Virus record (IMG/VR): IMGVR_UViG_3300031952_000012
DNA: 64,000 nt
Origin: an uncultured virus (IMG/VR IMGVR_UViG_3300031952_000012)
Taxonomy: Duplodnaviria > Heunggongvirae > Uroviricota > Caudoviricetes
Strand: one strand, 5' to 3'
Every line of letters starts with the position of its first letter. Within the stretch, counting starts at the first letter, position 1. Positions 41,324 to 52,174 of the stretch are shown here, in pieces. The translations under genes and the position numbers were made by a program. Below the pieces are notes generated by a model. That model ran no database searches, was not told the DNA's origin, and worked only from the letters and a program-made list of their open reading frames with translations.

Positions 41324-44119
41324 TCATAAAGCAGAATAAACTTTTGACGCGCGCCATTTTAACGACCTGAATCGTACTGTGGGAGCCATAAGAGCGCCAT
41401 CGAATCGTGTCTTGATTTTGAAACTCGGCGTCGGAATCGAAACTGATTCTACTGCGGCGGGCATTGAATAACGAAGGACGCTGGCGTTTAACGTGTCCAT
41501 CAAAAAGGTAACGCCCGCCGGATTGATACAAATTCGGTAGGTATGCCAATTGGAATCGAGTGCATGCGCGAGCACATGCCGCGTACCGGCGCCATTGACG
41601 AATGTCCAATATGCGGCGTTTAAAGTAATGTCTGCCGAGAAGACGATTTTTTCAGGAGTGGCAGGATTGAAAATTTCAAAATCAAAACCTTTATCAACGG
41701 CGGTCATATTGTCGAGCTTGAAAACGAATTCGATAAAGCAACCTGCGCTCGCGGGATTCAAAAATACTTGCTGCGCAGATGGACCCCAAATCAAACTGGT
41801 TGAATCACCAGAAGCGTTGTTGTTCGCCGTAATTTTCAGAGTCATATCGGTATCAACTGCCAGTACACCGCCAGGCGTTCCAGTGTAAGTTTTGAACCAG
41901 CGCCACACCGCCTCCCCCGCAACAACAAGATCGCTAGGTATTTTATTAAGCGTCCAATCGTCATCCTGCCAAATGAAACCTTCTGACACTTCCCGTAAAT
42001 CCTGCTCTGGGAAAACGCTCACGTCGGTGATGGCAATCGTCTCGGCGCCCGCTCCTGTTTTTTCGTAACGCCATGTGAATTTGTGAAATCCTGCCGGCAG
42101 TGGATCTGAAACATACATTCCGCCGCCATCGTTGCTTGTTGTGTCGGGCGTCGCAAAAACGGTTACGCCATCGATGAACAATTTCAATCTTCCAGCTCCC
42201 GGAGTCGTGCTCGTGCGGAACGAAAACACTAGGCGTGAAGCGGAATTCAAAATGACTTTCAAACCGAGCGAACTGTTTTGACCGGAAGATTGCCCTGTGG
42301 GGCGACCGCGCGTTGTATGCGAGCCGCTCGGATAAACGTTGTTCGATTGCGCTTCCCACGCGAGGTCGGTCAAGTAGTCACTCGAAGGCGATTCCCAAAG
42401 ACCATTTATTGAGGGCGGCCAAGAAGCGAAACGCTCTCGACGAGGCAGAGCGAATTGTTGTTTCAACGTTGTGTCGGCCGCTTGTAGCGTCTGAAGATTC
42501 ACAGCGGAGGTGCCGTATAACGGGTTGGCGACACCCCAAATTTGTTGGGGCGTCATAGCACCACCAACCGAATTGAGTTCACCCGTAAAAGCATTGATTT
42601 GCCACTTACTGTTGAGCGTTAACTTACCGACCCCCACGCCGCCCGTTCCCTCTGCTTTGATATCAATTATTCCGGTTGATTGATTTGCCGTAAGTCTTAA
42701 ATCTCGAGAGATACCGTCGGGGCTCCAAATGACTAGGTCACCCTCATTCGATGACTTGGAGATTCCGACAACCTTCACATTTTGAGAGCGAACTTCCACA
42801 TCCGGCCAGCCATCAATAAATGTCACCCATCCCGAGTCGTCGACACCAACCGATCCATCCTGACCTCCCGGTGCGGTGAGAGTAATTTTGGTGATCCCTG
42901 TGGCGCCAACATCGGTTGTGAATTTGACCGTGTTCGCTCTTGACTGATAGTCAAATCGCATCTCATTTGAGACGCCGAACACCTCGGAGAGTTTCCAATT
43001 CGGCCAGTTAATGTTGACCGACGCATTGATTCCGAGATTGTTTGAAAGTTGCCCGATGCCGTCGAAAATACCGAATTCGTCGACCTTGAAATACTTGACG
43101 CTCGTCGAGCTCTGAACCTCGAAGATACTCACAGACTGTGCGGCGTGCGCTTTTGCAATGAGAGGGGTGACCGTGCCCGCGCCTGCCAAAAACATCACGT
43201 CGCCAGTGAATGGAGTCGGGCTTGCCGCATCGATTCGTTTCGCGGCGGTGAGCGTTCCGCCCGGTCCAAAAATAACGTAGGGCGCACCAATCGGAGTGAT
43301 ATCCGCGCCGCCGACGCCGTCGACCATGACGTCATAGTACCCGGCGCCGATGACGTTCATGATGCTGCCTACCTGCCTGCGTAGCGTGCCCGGCGCGGTC
43401 GAGAGCGCTCCTGTGTCACTGACGAAGAGCGTATCGCCAGCGACGCCCGCAGCGCCTGTGACGAGGGTATTCGCGAGGCGCCCGACATAACGAGCTCGAC
43501 AAAGAGCGTTCAGCGCGGGCGTTCCTCCCCCAACGACTGCGCCTTCCATGACGAAAATGAGCTCATCGATTTTGCCGAGAGTCGTTGCATCGCAGAGCGT
43601 AAAATTCGGGACGGTCTCTTGGCCGGGTAAACCTGTTTTGATGACCGACCCGCCCGCCGCTCGGACGCACGTTCCCTTCGAGAGCCCCGTTGCGCCGGCG
43701 ACTCCGACGATGATCGCGGGGTCGGCGAGCCAGGAATCCATCGCTCTCAAGAGCGCGTTCATCGAGGTCGCCCAACCGTCGCTCGTGTCCGCTTGGGTCG
43801 TCTCGCCCGCCGCCGGAATGCGTTGTCGGCTTTTCACTTGTCGAATTCCGACGACGACAGAATCGTTTTGCTCGTCGGGCAACCCGAGATTGATGGTCAC
43901 CTTGACGAGATAGGTTCCCTCTTTTTTGGGCGTGAAACTCGGATTTTGAATGATGAGAGAGCTCAACGCATCGGCGGTTCCAGGCGGTTGATCGAGAATC
44001 GCCCACGAATAGGTGCTCTCACCGCCGATGTTTTGATTGTTGAGTTGCACGAGCGTATTGATCGTGACGTCATCGTTCGAGCCGATGATCCCGTTCACAA
44101 GAATTTTTGCTTGCGGCAT
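41324..44119 (-). CDS. Tail fibre / receptor-binding protein
   Basis: 931 aa; N-terminal PKD/Ig-like (YSWAI...NPSFTP..EGTY), Gly-rich shaft, C-terminal beta-sandwich/lectin-like domains. Confidence 0.75.
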   Translation of the reverse strand: MPQAKILVNGIIGSNDDVTINTLVQLNNQNIGGESTYSWAILDQPPGTADALSSLIIQNPSFTPKKEGTYLVKVTINLGLPDEQNDSVVVGIRQVKSRQRIPAAGETTQADTSDGWATSMNALLRAMDSWLADPAIIVGVAGATGLSKGTCVRAAGGSVIKTGLPGQETVPNFTLCDATTLGKIDELIFVMEGAVVGGGTPALNALCRARYVGRLANTLVTGAAGVAGDTLFVSDTGALSTAPGTLRRQVGSIMNVIGAGYYDVMVDGVGGADITPIGAPYVIFGPGGTLTAAKRIDAASPTPFTGDVMFLAGAGTVTPLIAKAHAAQSVSIFEVQSSTSVKYFKVDEFGIFDGIGQLSNNLGINASVNINWPNWKLSEVFGVSNEMRFDYQSRANTVKFTTDVGATGITKITLTAPGGQDGSVGVDDSGWVTFIDGWPDVEVRSQNVKVVGISKSSNEGDLVIWSPDGISRDLRLTANQSTGIIDIKAEGTGGVGVGKLTLNSKWQINAFTGELNSVGGAMTPQQIWGVANPLYGTSAVNLQTLQAADTTLKQQFALPRRERFASWPPSINGLWESPSSDYLTDLAWEAQSNNVYPSGSHTTRGRPTGQSSGQNSSLGLKVILNSASRLVFSFRTSTTPGAGRLKLFIDGVTVFATPDTTSNDGGGMYVSDPLPAGFHKFTWRYEKTGAGAETIAITDVSVFPEQDLREVSEGFIWQDDDWTLNKIPSDLVVAGEAVWRWFKTYTGTPGGVLAVDTDMTLKITANNNASGDSTSLIWGPSAQQVFLNPASAGCFIEFVFKLDNMTAVDKGFDFEIFNPATPEKIVFSADITLNAAYWTFVNGAGTRHVLAHALDSNWHTYRICINPAGVTFLMDTLNASVLRYSMPAAVESVSIPTPSFKIKTRFDGALMAPTVRFRSLKWRASKVYSAL

Positions 44120-44147
44120 AGAGACCCCCTAAGAGCCAATTCACCTC

Positions 44148-45308
44148 TTATAAATACCGCATCGGGCAACAAATCTCCCAGATCCAAGAGCCCGGCGAAC
44201 CGGAAACATTGTAGCGGTCGCCTGTGAACGTCACGTAAGGCTGACCGACATCGACATCGATGATTCCTGCGAGCGCCGATTTTTCGCCGGTCGTGATTCG
44301 AGCGACCGTTGCCTCTGACAGATTGGCGATCGACGCACCTGAACTAGGTTTCACCTGCCCGACCGGGTACGCGTAGATCTGCGCGGCCCCAAGCGTCCAT
44401 GTCGGCGGGTTGTCGGCGACAGTCGCGGCCTCGCCGGCGAAAATATAGAACCGCATTTGTCCGCCGGAAGGAGCGAGTGATCGAGCGGCGAGGCGCACGC
44501 CGGCGGGAGCAACCGGGTAATCGTAAAACGTCACCGCATCGGGAGCGCCGGGCACCTGCAAAACCTTGAACGCAATCGAAGCCGCGTTGTCGGGCCAGAG
44601 TAGGCGTCGACGATCCTGAACGTTGTTTTGATTGATGGCAGGAGATGCGCCGCTCGAATAGACGATGGTCAATCGAGTGTAGCCTGCCGTTGTCGCGGGC
44701 GGGAGCGCCGAGCCGATGGTTGCGGCGGTTCCCTTTTTCAGACTGATTCCTGCTGTGCTTGAGCTCGGCGAGGTGACCGTGCCGTATCGAGTCGAGTCAA
44801 GAACGTACGAGAGCGTTTTGAAAACCAATTGAGGACTATAAATCTCCGCAACCGGGTCATAAAAATCTCGACTCGCAGAATCCTGCCGGCGAACGTCGAG
44901 TTTTACCTCGATGATATCGTAGCGCTCGTTCCCAGCACCCGGCGCAGGAATTGGAATCGTGAGCGCGGCGGGCATGTAGACCGGATAAAAATTCGCAAGG
45001 TCGAGAAGCCCCGCGACCGCATCGATTGGAGTTGCGCTTCCAAGAGCGCCAAAAATAAAGCCGAGCCCAGGCTGAACGAAAACATTTGCCGAGCCATTTG
45101 TAGTTACAAAAAAACTATCTCCGATAAATCCTGAACGCGGTGTGAAAGATGAGACGCCCGCCTGATTGGCAAATTGAGAGTGCGGTAAGAAAAACCCACG
45201 CATGATTTCTTTAATCATCAGATCTACTTGTGAAAAATGCTGGTTGAGGTCACTTGAGAGCGGTCGTTCTTTTGGATTCAAAATTGTTCTGTCGAAAGCG
45301 TTGTTCAT
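44148..45308 (-). CDS. Baseplate/tail-fibre attachment protein
   Basis: ERPLSSDLN N-terminus, IPAP...RYDII; follows the wedge genes. Confidence 0.65.
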   Translation of the reverse strand: MNNAFDRTILNPKERPLSSDLNQHFSQVDLMIKEIMRGFFLPHSQFANQAGVSSFTPRSGFIGDSFFVTTNGSANVFVQPGLGFIFGALGSATPIDAVAGLLDLANFYPVYMPAALTIPIPAPGAGNERYDIIEVKLDVRRQDSASRDFYDPVAEIYSPQLVFKTLSYVLDSTRYGTVTSPSSSTAGISLKKGTAATIGSALPPATTAGYTRLTIVYSSGASPAINQNNVQDRRRLLWPDNAASIAFKVLQVPGAPDAVTFYDYPVAPAGVRLAARSLAPSGGQMRFYIFAGEAATVADNPPTWTLGAAQIYAYPVGQVKPSSGASIANLSEATVARITTGEKSALAGIIDVDVGQPYVTFTGDRYNVSGSPGSWIWEICCPMRYL

Positions 45309-45309
45309 T

Positions 45310-46557
45310 TTATTGCCCTCTCAATACGATGGCCGCCGAAGACCCGGCCGCTTTTATTTGTTGAAGTGAATCATAAAGACTTTTGTACGCTGCGCGTCTT
45401 GGAGCATCATAACCGTCATAGCAGCCGAGTTGATAACCAGAACTTCCGACGTTGATCGGAATATCATAGGCGCTCAAGCCACGTTTTCCTTTGGTGATGC
45501 TGCTATAAAGGTCGTTCGCATTGATCGCGGTATCGTCAAAAATCATTCCCGAATCTGCTATTGGCTGCATGTTTTCGAGAACGATAATAACGCCGCCGCG
45601 ATGGTCGACTTCATCGAGCCAGCGATTTCGGAATGGAATGTTATCGACATCGGGATCGTCATAGACAAAAAGATTGGGATCGAATGACGACCCTGCCGAT
45701 ACCTCGGCGGGCGCATCGTAACAAGTTTGGTATGCGGTATCCCAAGTCTCAATAAGCGTAAAACTCGAGTGAAAAGGTTCCATCGTTTGCTTCGCCAATC
45801 GACTGATGGCGTCAATACTGACAGTGTCAGGAAGCAAACTCACACGAGATCGATAATTTGAATCGGCTTCATTCTGGTTGCGCGCAATTCCTCGGTCGAG
45901 TCCGAGTTGATCGAGCGCCGCATCTCGCCCGCCACTCGTGGGAAGAATCTGTCGAACCTCAAAAGTGAGATCGCCCATTTGCGGGTCTTCGACAAGATCT
46001 TTGATTGTGTCGATATCGCCCTCGAGAGTAGTGCCATCCGCCGCGAGAGCCTCGCCTAAAACGTTGTATTCGTACCCGACGGCGACCGCCTCGATGTCGA
46101 CTGTAAACGGTCCGATATCGCTCGCAAGAAAAGTCACATCGACGAGCGTTTTGAAATCGCGTCCCGTGCGGCTCGTGCTGACAATCGTTCCCGCCTTGAT
46201 GACAACGTCAATTCCCTCTGCGTTGGGAGAGCCACGAGCGAAGAGCACCTCTCCGGTCGCCTTCACGCCGCCCTTGGCTGACGTGATGAGCGCGTCCGCT
46301 CCCATTCGCGCGACCGCCTCCGACATCCTCGATGCAAGTTTCGCGTAGGCTTGAAGTACCTCGTAACCGGGTCCCGGATCTTTCAGAGCGGAAAGCCAAT
46401 GATCGGGAAAGAGCCGATCGAACATGTCGAGGATTTCTTGCTGCGTGAATGACGTGATGGGCGGCGGAAGTTCGGGAACGATTCCCGCCGAGGGAGCAAT
46501 CAAGGGGCTCGCCGGAATCGTGCCGCCAACCAGCGTCCAACTGTACGGGGTCGGCAT
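45310..46557 (-). CDS. Baseplate wedge protein with J-like insert
   Basis: KATGEVLFAR...IKAGTIV...IEAVAVG..YNV; ALDQLGLDRGIAR...E.D..YR. Confidence 0.7.
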   Translation of the reverse strand: MPTPYSWTLVGGTIPASPLIAPSAGIVPELPPPITSFTQQEILDMFDRLFPDHWLSALKDPGPGYEVLQAYAKLASRMSEAVARMGADALITSAKGGVKATGEVLFARGSPNAEGIDVVIKAGTIVSTSRTGRDFKTLVDVTFLASDIGPFTVDIEAVAVGYEYNVLGEALAADGTTLEGDIDTIKDLVEDPQMGDLTFEVRQILPTSGGRDAALDQLGLDRGIARNQNEADSNYRSRVSLLPDTVSIDAISRLAKQTMEPFHSSFTLIETWDTAYQTCYDAPAEVSAGSSFDPNLFVYDDPDVDNIPFRNRWLDEVDHRGGVIIVLENMQPIADSGMIFDDTAINANDLYSSITKGKRGLSAYDIPINVGSSGYQLGCYDGYDAPRRAAYKSLYDSLQQIKAAGSSAAIVLRGQ

Positions 46558-47702
46558 TAGAGATTTTCCGTCCCTTCTCGGTCAATCGCAAACGGCTGAA
46601 TGGTCGGCGACTCGGGCCAGCCGCCTGTTCTCAGAGCGCTGTAACGAAACCCGTTTGCGATGCTCGCAATAGAATTGTAAGGGCCTCGATAATTCGGACC
46701 GAATGCGTACCCGTCGTGAATAATCTCTCGAATGCCAAGCGCTCTGAAATCGGCAATCAGAATGATGCGCGTGAAGAGTCCCGAATTGTCGGTCACGCTG
46801 AACTCAAGTGGCGTCGACGCGGTGATCGAGGTGCCCGGCGCGGGGCTAAAACTCCCAACAACAGGCGGCGTAGGAGTCGGCGGAGGTGTTGGGCCGCTCG
46901 TTCCCCACGGATTGATCACGAATGAATTGAATGAACGAATTTCCGCGTCCGCTCGAATCTCGTTATCTGTTCGAGCGATGTTGCTGAATCGAATATCATC
47001 CAGCATTCCTCGAAATGGTGCATATGGGTCACTTGGAGGTTGCGCATATCCAAATAAGCACCAATCTGCATTCGCACCGCCAGTTGTATTTGTGAGACCT
47101 GTGAAGATGCTTTTCAAAACACCATCGATAAAGATCTCAAGTTTTGTTCCCGAGTTACTTTTACGAATTGCGACATGGTGCCAATTTGCATCGACAGGAA
47201 CACCAATTCCAACAGGCGTTTCAACAAACATTGAGTCGGGCGAACTGCCGTAATACCATTCACAGCGGATTCGTCGAATAAGAGATGCCTCTGTTGATGG
47301 ATAATTTGTATCGCTATTCGATGAAGCTGTTCCTAAAAATTCATTTTGTAAGAGTGAAATAGAAAATAAATTATTGTCATCTTCATTTGTCCACTCGTGT
47401 CCTAAACTAAGTACGTATTCTCGTCCGGGCCAATCATCGGGAATTTTAAATGGCTGCACAAAAAACTCGATGGTCCAAGCACCAGCACGAGCCGCCGCGC
47501 GTGCCGCAGCATCGGCGGCACCACTTGCGGTTGCATTGCTTCGATTGAAACGCGCGGCGCCAAAACGCCCGTATACAAGAGAGAGCGGAGTTGCCGAAGG
47601 ATTCAAAGTATATGTGCCCGCTGCGTCAGCATATGAAACAGGTTTGACGACTTCTTCGTCAAGTCGCCAGAGAGCCACAGTGTTAACATCAAGTGAATGC
47701 AC
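46557..47702 (-). CDS. LamG/concanavalin A-like domain virion protein
   Basis: ALWRLDE, WTIEFF, WHHVAI, IFIDG, FRGMLDDIRFSN.AR. Confidence 0.85.
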   Translation of the reverse strand: MHSLDVNTVALWRLDEEVVKPVSYADAAGTYTLNPSATPLSLVYGRFGAARFNRSNATASGAADAAARAAARAGAWTIEFFVQPFKIPDDWPGREYVLSLGHEWTNEDDNNLFSISLLQNEFLGTASSNSDTNYPSTEASLIRRIRCEWYYGSSPDSMFVETPVGIGVPVDANWHHVAIRKSNSGTKLEIFIDGVLKSIFTGLTNTTGGANADWCLFGYAQPPSDPYAPFRGMLDDIRFSNIARTDNEIRADAEIRSFNSFVINPWGTSGPTPPPTPTPPVVGSFSPAPGTSITASTPLEFSVTDNSGLFTRIILIADFRALGIREIIHDGYAFGPNYRGPYNSIASIANGFRYSALRTGGWPESPTIQPFAIDREGTENL

Positions 47703-47714
47703 GAACTCTCTCCT

Positions 47715-49832
47715 CTAAGTTCCAAATAACACAGGGCCGATTTCAAAGTTTCTCGGATCGCTCAACCGATGCTTGAGATAGGGAGAGAAAATAAAATAAT
47801 ACTCACCATCTCGAATCTCCCATCTTGGAAGTTCCTCGTTGAAAGTGTTGCTTAAAAAGTTAGCGGTCCAAATACCGTACAATTCACCAACAGTATTATA
47901 TGAGTTCAACGCCGGATTGTTTTGAGAAAGTTGCAATCCTGAGATGACTCCAACGCTTCGTTTGCCAAATGACCCCGCTTTGTCTCTGCTGATGAGGGGC
48001 GACGCATGATATAAATCCGCTTCCCCCGAGAAGTAAAAACCGTTTTCACCTCTCAAAGCACAAAACATCTGACAATCATTTCCAACAACCGCGCTTGCGA
48101 TGTCCTGCCCGATAAGGACGCCCGCGCTATAGGAATGACAGACTGTATCGAGAACGATTTGATGCGCGTTCAAAACATTCACAATGCGACAGGTCTCGCC
48201 GCCTCCTGAAACATAAGGCTGCCCTTTTGCTTGTGGGACTACGCTTGCCGTCGGGTCATAGATCTCAACAAAGTCACCCGCAACAAGAAGGTCAGTTACG
48301 ATTTCTGTCAGCGTGACGGTAACGTTTTTTCCATTCCCAAATCCTGAACTAGCAGTGAATTTATCTGTCTTCATATAGGAATGATAAAAGCCTGCGTAAG
48401 CCCAGCGCTGAATCGGCGGCGCATGAGGTGCTGACTGCCAATGCGAAACGATAGAGATAAAATCTTTGTTGCCAATCGCCTCGATATTGATTTCAAGAGT
48501 TCTTGGCAAATAGAGAGCGCCCGCATAAGTTCTTAATGGTGTGAATGATGTTATCCCAAGCGAAGATTCATAACCATAAACTTTCCAAGCATCTTCGGTT
48601 GCGTTCCACGTACGAATTCGAGAAGACCACGTATTGTTTTCGATATCGTACGCGTGAACAATCGATGGCTCAAATGTGCTGGTGTCTATAAAAATCCCGA
48701 AAATAGTTCCGTGATTCCCAATTGTCGGGTCAAGCCACAGTCTCACCAACGTGTGACTCACGGGAAGGTTTGCGATCCCGGTCGGCGATGTGACCCATGT
48801 GTCTGTCACGACATCGTAGCGACTCCATTGATTGTAACCGTTGCCCTCGAAAAATGAGGCGTATATTTCATCATGTGCATGCCCACTCAAAGATGCAGGC
48901 ACATATACCATTCGTGAATAATTGACATGAACATTGCTGGTGCTCCAATTATCAATGTATGGAACATCTGTGAGTGAAGTCCAAGTATTCGTCGAAATCG
49001 AATACTTCGCAAATGGACTGGCAGAACTCCAGCCCGGCGTTTCGCCTTTGACCATGTAGATCGTGTCTGCACCATTCCACGCCCAAGGTCGAACGTCATA
49101 CCAAAAGTCGCCCCATGGAGGATCTGCAAGAGCACCTGACCAAGTATCATTATGAACATCATATCGGCGAAAAGATGACCCGTAGGTTCCACTATCAGTT
49201 TGAACCATTACCCAAAGATATTCAAAACCATTAACATCATTTGTGAGAATGAGAAGATTATTGACGCCCTCCTCGTCGGCAGGAACTTGACTGATGACAG
49301 AAACTTCATTTGTGCTGAAGTCATAAAAGAAAAGTCCTGTTAAGGACTTGCACAGGTAGTAAACACCTCGACCATTGAATGCCCAAGAACTAACCTCTTG
49401 CATTTGAAAATTTGTGAAGAGATTTGGTTGAAGAGAATATTGCTCGCTCGCAGGAAGAAAGAGCGCCATATGCTTGAGCCATTGATGCGCGTAGTAATGC
49501 GGCGCGACAAAAATTCTTGGGCCGATGCGCCCCGTCTCTCCTTTGCCGGTATGCGTTCCGGTGCTCCAACTTCGATAAATTCTGAAGACGATGTTTTCCT
49601 GATTGCCGATTGGGTTGCTGCCGGGCGCCTCATCGAAGACGTTCATCGTCATGCGCACGTAGATCGTGGGGCGCGCGATGTCTTGGCCGGCGATTGAGTA
49701 AATCTTATCTGTCGCGATAAGCGTGTCGACGAGAGTCCACCCGAGATCTTCGGTTCCGACTCCTTCGATCCACGCCGCGAGTTGCCCGAACAAATCGGTG
49801 GGTGACGTTGCGGTTGTGCGTAGTCTGCCCAT
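47715..49832 (-). CDS. Virion protein with kelch-like beta-propeller
   Basis: Repeats RYDVHNDTWS, KYSISTNTWT, RYDVVTDTWV, AYDIENNTWS. Confidence 0.8.
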   Translation of the reverse strand: MGRLRTTATSPTDLFGQLAAWIEGVGTEDLGWTLVDTLIATDKIYSIAGQDIARPTIYVRMTMNVFDEAPGSNPIGNQENIVFRIYRSWSTGTHTGKGETGRIGPRIFVAPHYYAHQWLKHMALFLPASEQYSLQPNLFTNFQMQEVSSWAFNGRGVYYLCKSLTGLFFYDFSTNEVSVISQVPADEEGVNNLLILTNDVNGFEYLWVMVQTDSGTYGSSFRRYDVHNDTWSGALADPPWGDFWYDVRPWAWNGADTIYMVKGETPGWSSASPFAKYSISTNTWTSLTDVPYIDNWSTSNVHVNYSRMVYVPASLSGHAHDEIYASFFEGNGYNQWSRYDVVTDTWVTSPTGIANLPVSHTLVRLWLDPTIGNHGTIFGIFIDTSTFEPSIVHAYDIENNTWSSRIRTWNATEDAWKVYGYESSLGITSFTPLRTYAGALYLPRTLEINIEAIGNKDFISIVSHWQSAPHAPPIQRWAYAGFYHSYMKTDKFTASSGFGNGKNVTVTLTEIVTDLLVAGDFVEIYDPTASVVPQAKGQPYVSGGGETCRIVNVLNAHQIVLDTVCHSYSAGVLIGQDIASAVVGNDCQMFCALRGENGFYFSGEADLYHASPLISRDKAGSFGKRSVGVISGLQLSQNNPALNSYNTVGELYGIWTANFLSNTFNEELPRWEIRDGEYYFIFSPYLKHRLSDPRNFEIGPVLFGT

Positions 49833-49840
49833 GCTCTCCC

Positions 49841-51049
49841 CTAAATTGCCGAGTACGCGTCGGGATTCGTTCCCGTGATAATTGGTTGGTCAGTCTGCGA
49901 GCTCACTGCCGAGACGATTCCAAGAGTCGTACGCAACGCTTGAATCGGTTTGACCGAGATGTTTCCCGCCGGGCTAACTAGTTCACCGCCAGTGTACGAG
50001 AGACCTGGAATCAATCGAAGTCTCGCCAGCAAGTCTGAAGCGACAAAAGGTTTTCCGGGCGCGAGACCGTTAACGTAGTTCACGACCTCAGAGCGAGCAT
50101 TCAACGCAACCGTATTGACATCTGCACCAGCGGTGAACGTGAGCGCCAACTGAAAGCTTTGCAGAATAATGCTAGCGACGATCACTTGAACAAAGGTTCC
50201 CGCTGGGCGCACGTCAGAGAGCGACTCGAAAACAAGAGCGGCGAGCGATTGACTTTGAGTTTGATACCGCGCGGGTATCGTGTCGAGCATGGCGAATTGT
50301 TCTGTGAACGCATCCGAAACGACGAGTTGAACGAGGCGCGCGGGGCGCCCCAAACTATCGACGACCTCGAGCGCGGTTGCTCGACGAACTCCTGACACTC
50401 CAAGCGCCGCTTCCTCGAGGGCGGTCAACGTGCCCACTCTGGCCGTCGTGAAGAACCGGCGTGCTCTCTCTCGAAGAGAATCGTCAAGCTCGGCGTCATC
50501 CGCGCCGGCAGTCGCCAACGGATTCGAGATCACGAGATCGGGCGGCGAGCTCGAAATGGGAGTGATAATTGATGTGATGGTTCCCGCCTTCGCATTTTGA
50601 TCTGAGCCCGCCAAAACGCTGCGCACCATCATTGTGAGCGGACCGATTGTTCCCACTGTGAAGATACTCGATTCGGTCGTGACGTATTGAATGCCGTCCG
50701 CCGATTGAAGAAGCAGCCCCGACGGAATTGAGAACGTGGTCGGCGATGCGGCGGTTGTTCTGAATTGCACCGACCCGATGGCCGCCGCCGCAGGTTTTCG
50801 CACGAGCCCATATCGGTCGAGCACCAATCTATCGAGAGCGGTTCCCGTTGCCGAATCAAGAAAGAGCGACGCGGCGAGAGTCGTCAATTGCCCCATCACC
50901 TCGTCGGCCGCCGCGCATGCGCCCGCGATAAGAATGTTTGCATCCATCCCCTCGCGTTCGACGGCGTCTCGAGAGAGTCGCGCTTGTCGAGAGAGAATTT
51001 CGTCGCGCGCCACTCTGAAGAGTTCTGAGAAACTTGGAAAATCGGGCAT
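49841..51049 (-). CDS. Baseplate J-like protein
   Basis: ATGTALDRL, RKPAAAAIGSV.F, GADDAELDDSLRER, GTLTALE. Confidence 0.9.
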   Translation of the reverse strand: MPDFPSFSELFRVARDEILSRQARLSRDAVEREGMDANILIAGACAAADEVMGQLTTLAASLFLDSATGTALDRLVLDRYGLVRKPAAAAIGSVQFRTTAASPTTFSIPSGLLLQSADGIQYVTTESSIFTVGTIGPLTMMVRSVLAGSDQNAKAGTITSIITPISSSPPDLVISNPLATAGADDAELDDSLRERARRFFTTARVGTLTALEEAALGVSGVRRATALEVVDSLGRPARLVQLVVSDAFTEQFAMLDTIPARYQTQSQSLAALVFESLSDVRPAGTFVQVIVASIILQSFQLALTFTAGADVNTVALNARSEVVNYVNGLAPGKPFVASDLLARLRLIPGLSYTGGELVSPAGNISVKPIQALRTTLGIVSAVSSQTDQPIITGTNPDAYSAI

Positions 51050-51061
51050 TGCTATCCCCTC

Positions 51062-52165
51062 TTAAAACGTCATTCCGTCAGAACGAAGCGGCAATGAAAC
51101 GCTCAACTGCGTGCCGGACGCTCGAAGTTTAGCACGGACTAGCACCGTCAAAGTATTTGCATCGAGTGTCAACGATGCCTGCGCGACATCGACTTCCGGC
51201 TCTTGCAAAACCTGTCTTTCGATCTCTGCTTTGATTCTCGATAGGCCGCCGCCAAAAACAGGTTCTTTGTTTCGGAAACCGATTCCGTACTCTGGCAAAT
51301 GGAAAAAATCGCCGGGATGAGAGAGCAGTCGCCGAAGAATGAGCTTCTTGATGAGCGCGTCGCCGCTCATGTCCTGGTAGTCGCCCACGGAATTGATGAT
51401 CAACGTTCCGCCGAAGCGGCTTGGGTCGTCAATCGGGGTCGGCGAGTTGAACAAGTCTCGAGAGCCGCCGCGATGTTTGTATGTTTTCTTCTCTTCGGTC
51501 GAGACACTCGCGTCAAGCAGCCCGAGGAAATCAGCCTGTCGAGGTGTTTTGAGAGAGAACCCCGCCGCGTCGAGTAACGTACTCGATGAAACTCGATGCG
51601 TCACGAGCACCGACCCGAACGATTCAAGCGTTGTCAGCCCGTACGTCAACGGATTGATTGGGCGGACACTGAGCACGTGCAAGAAGGCGGTCGTATCGAG
51701 TCGTTGAATCGCCCATGTCGACGGGTTCAGCGCATCGCCCGCAGAGAACACGCTGGAGTGACGAGGTTCGCCTGAGAGCACGACTTTGACTTCGTTCGTT
51801 GCAAGAGCCAAGGCAGATAGAATCGATGTTCCTATGCCCGCAGCGGCCGCGCCATAGACACTCTCGTCATTCTGTATGCGCTCGATCCAGCCAATAAACC
51901 CATCGTTCGCATCGGGCGAGACCGCGTTAACGTTCGAGATCTTTATCGAGCTCGCCGAAACGTAGTCGACAATCAAAAACGTCCCGTTATTGCCATCGGT
52001 ATCGGCGCCATAGAGCGTGATATTGCGACCAATCGAGAGCGGGCTCATATTCGCAAGCCCGGTCAGCGTCGCAACACCAACCGCAACGGAGGCGATACTC
52101 GCGCCCGAGCCCGACCAACCCGCTACTGCACCATACGGATCTTTTCCCCATCCTAAAGCGGGCAT
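51062..52165 (-). CDS. Baseplate wedge/sheath initiator (C-terminal gp25/GPW-like domain)
   Basis: LRRLLSHPGDFFHLPEYGIG...QEPEV. Confidence 0.8.
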   Translation of the reverse strand: MPALGWGKDPYGAVAGWSGSGASIASVAVGVATLTGLANMSPLSIGRNITLYGADTDGNNGTFLIVDYVSASSIKISNVNAVSPDANDGFIGWIERIQNDESVYGAAAAGIGTSILSALALATNEVKVVLSGEPRHSSVFSAGDALNPSTWAIQRLDTTAFLHVLSVRPINPLTYGLTTLESFGSVLVTHRVSSSTLLDAAGFSLKTPRQADFLGLLDASVSTEEKKTYKHRGGSRDLFNSPTPIDDPSRFGGTLIINSVGDYQDMSGDALIKKLILRRLLSHPGDFFHLPEYGIGFRNKEPVFGGGLSRIKAEIERQVLQEPEVDVAQASLTLDANTLTVLVRAKLRASGTQLSVSLPLRSDGMTF

Positions 52166-52174
52166 ACTCGCCTC

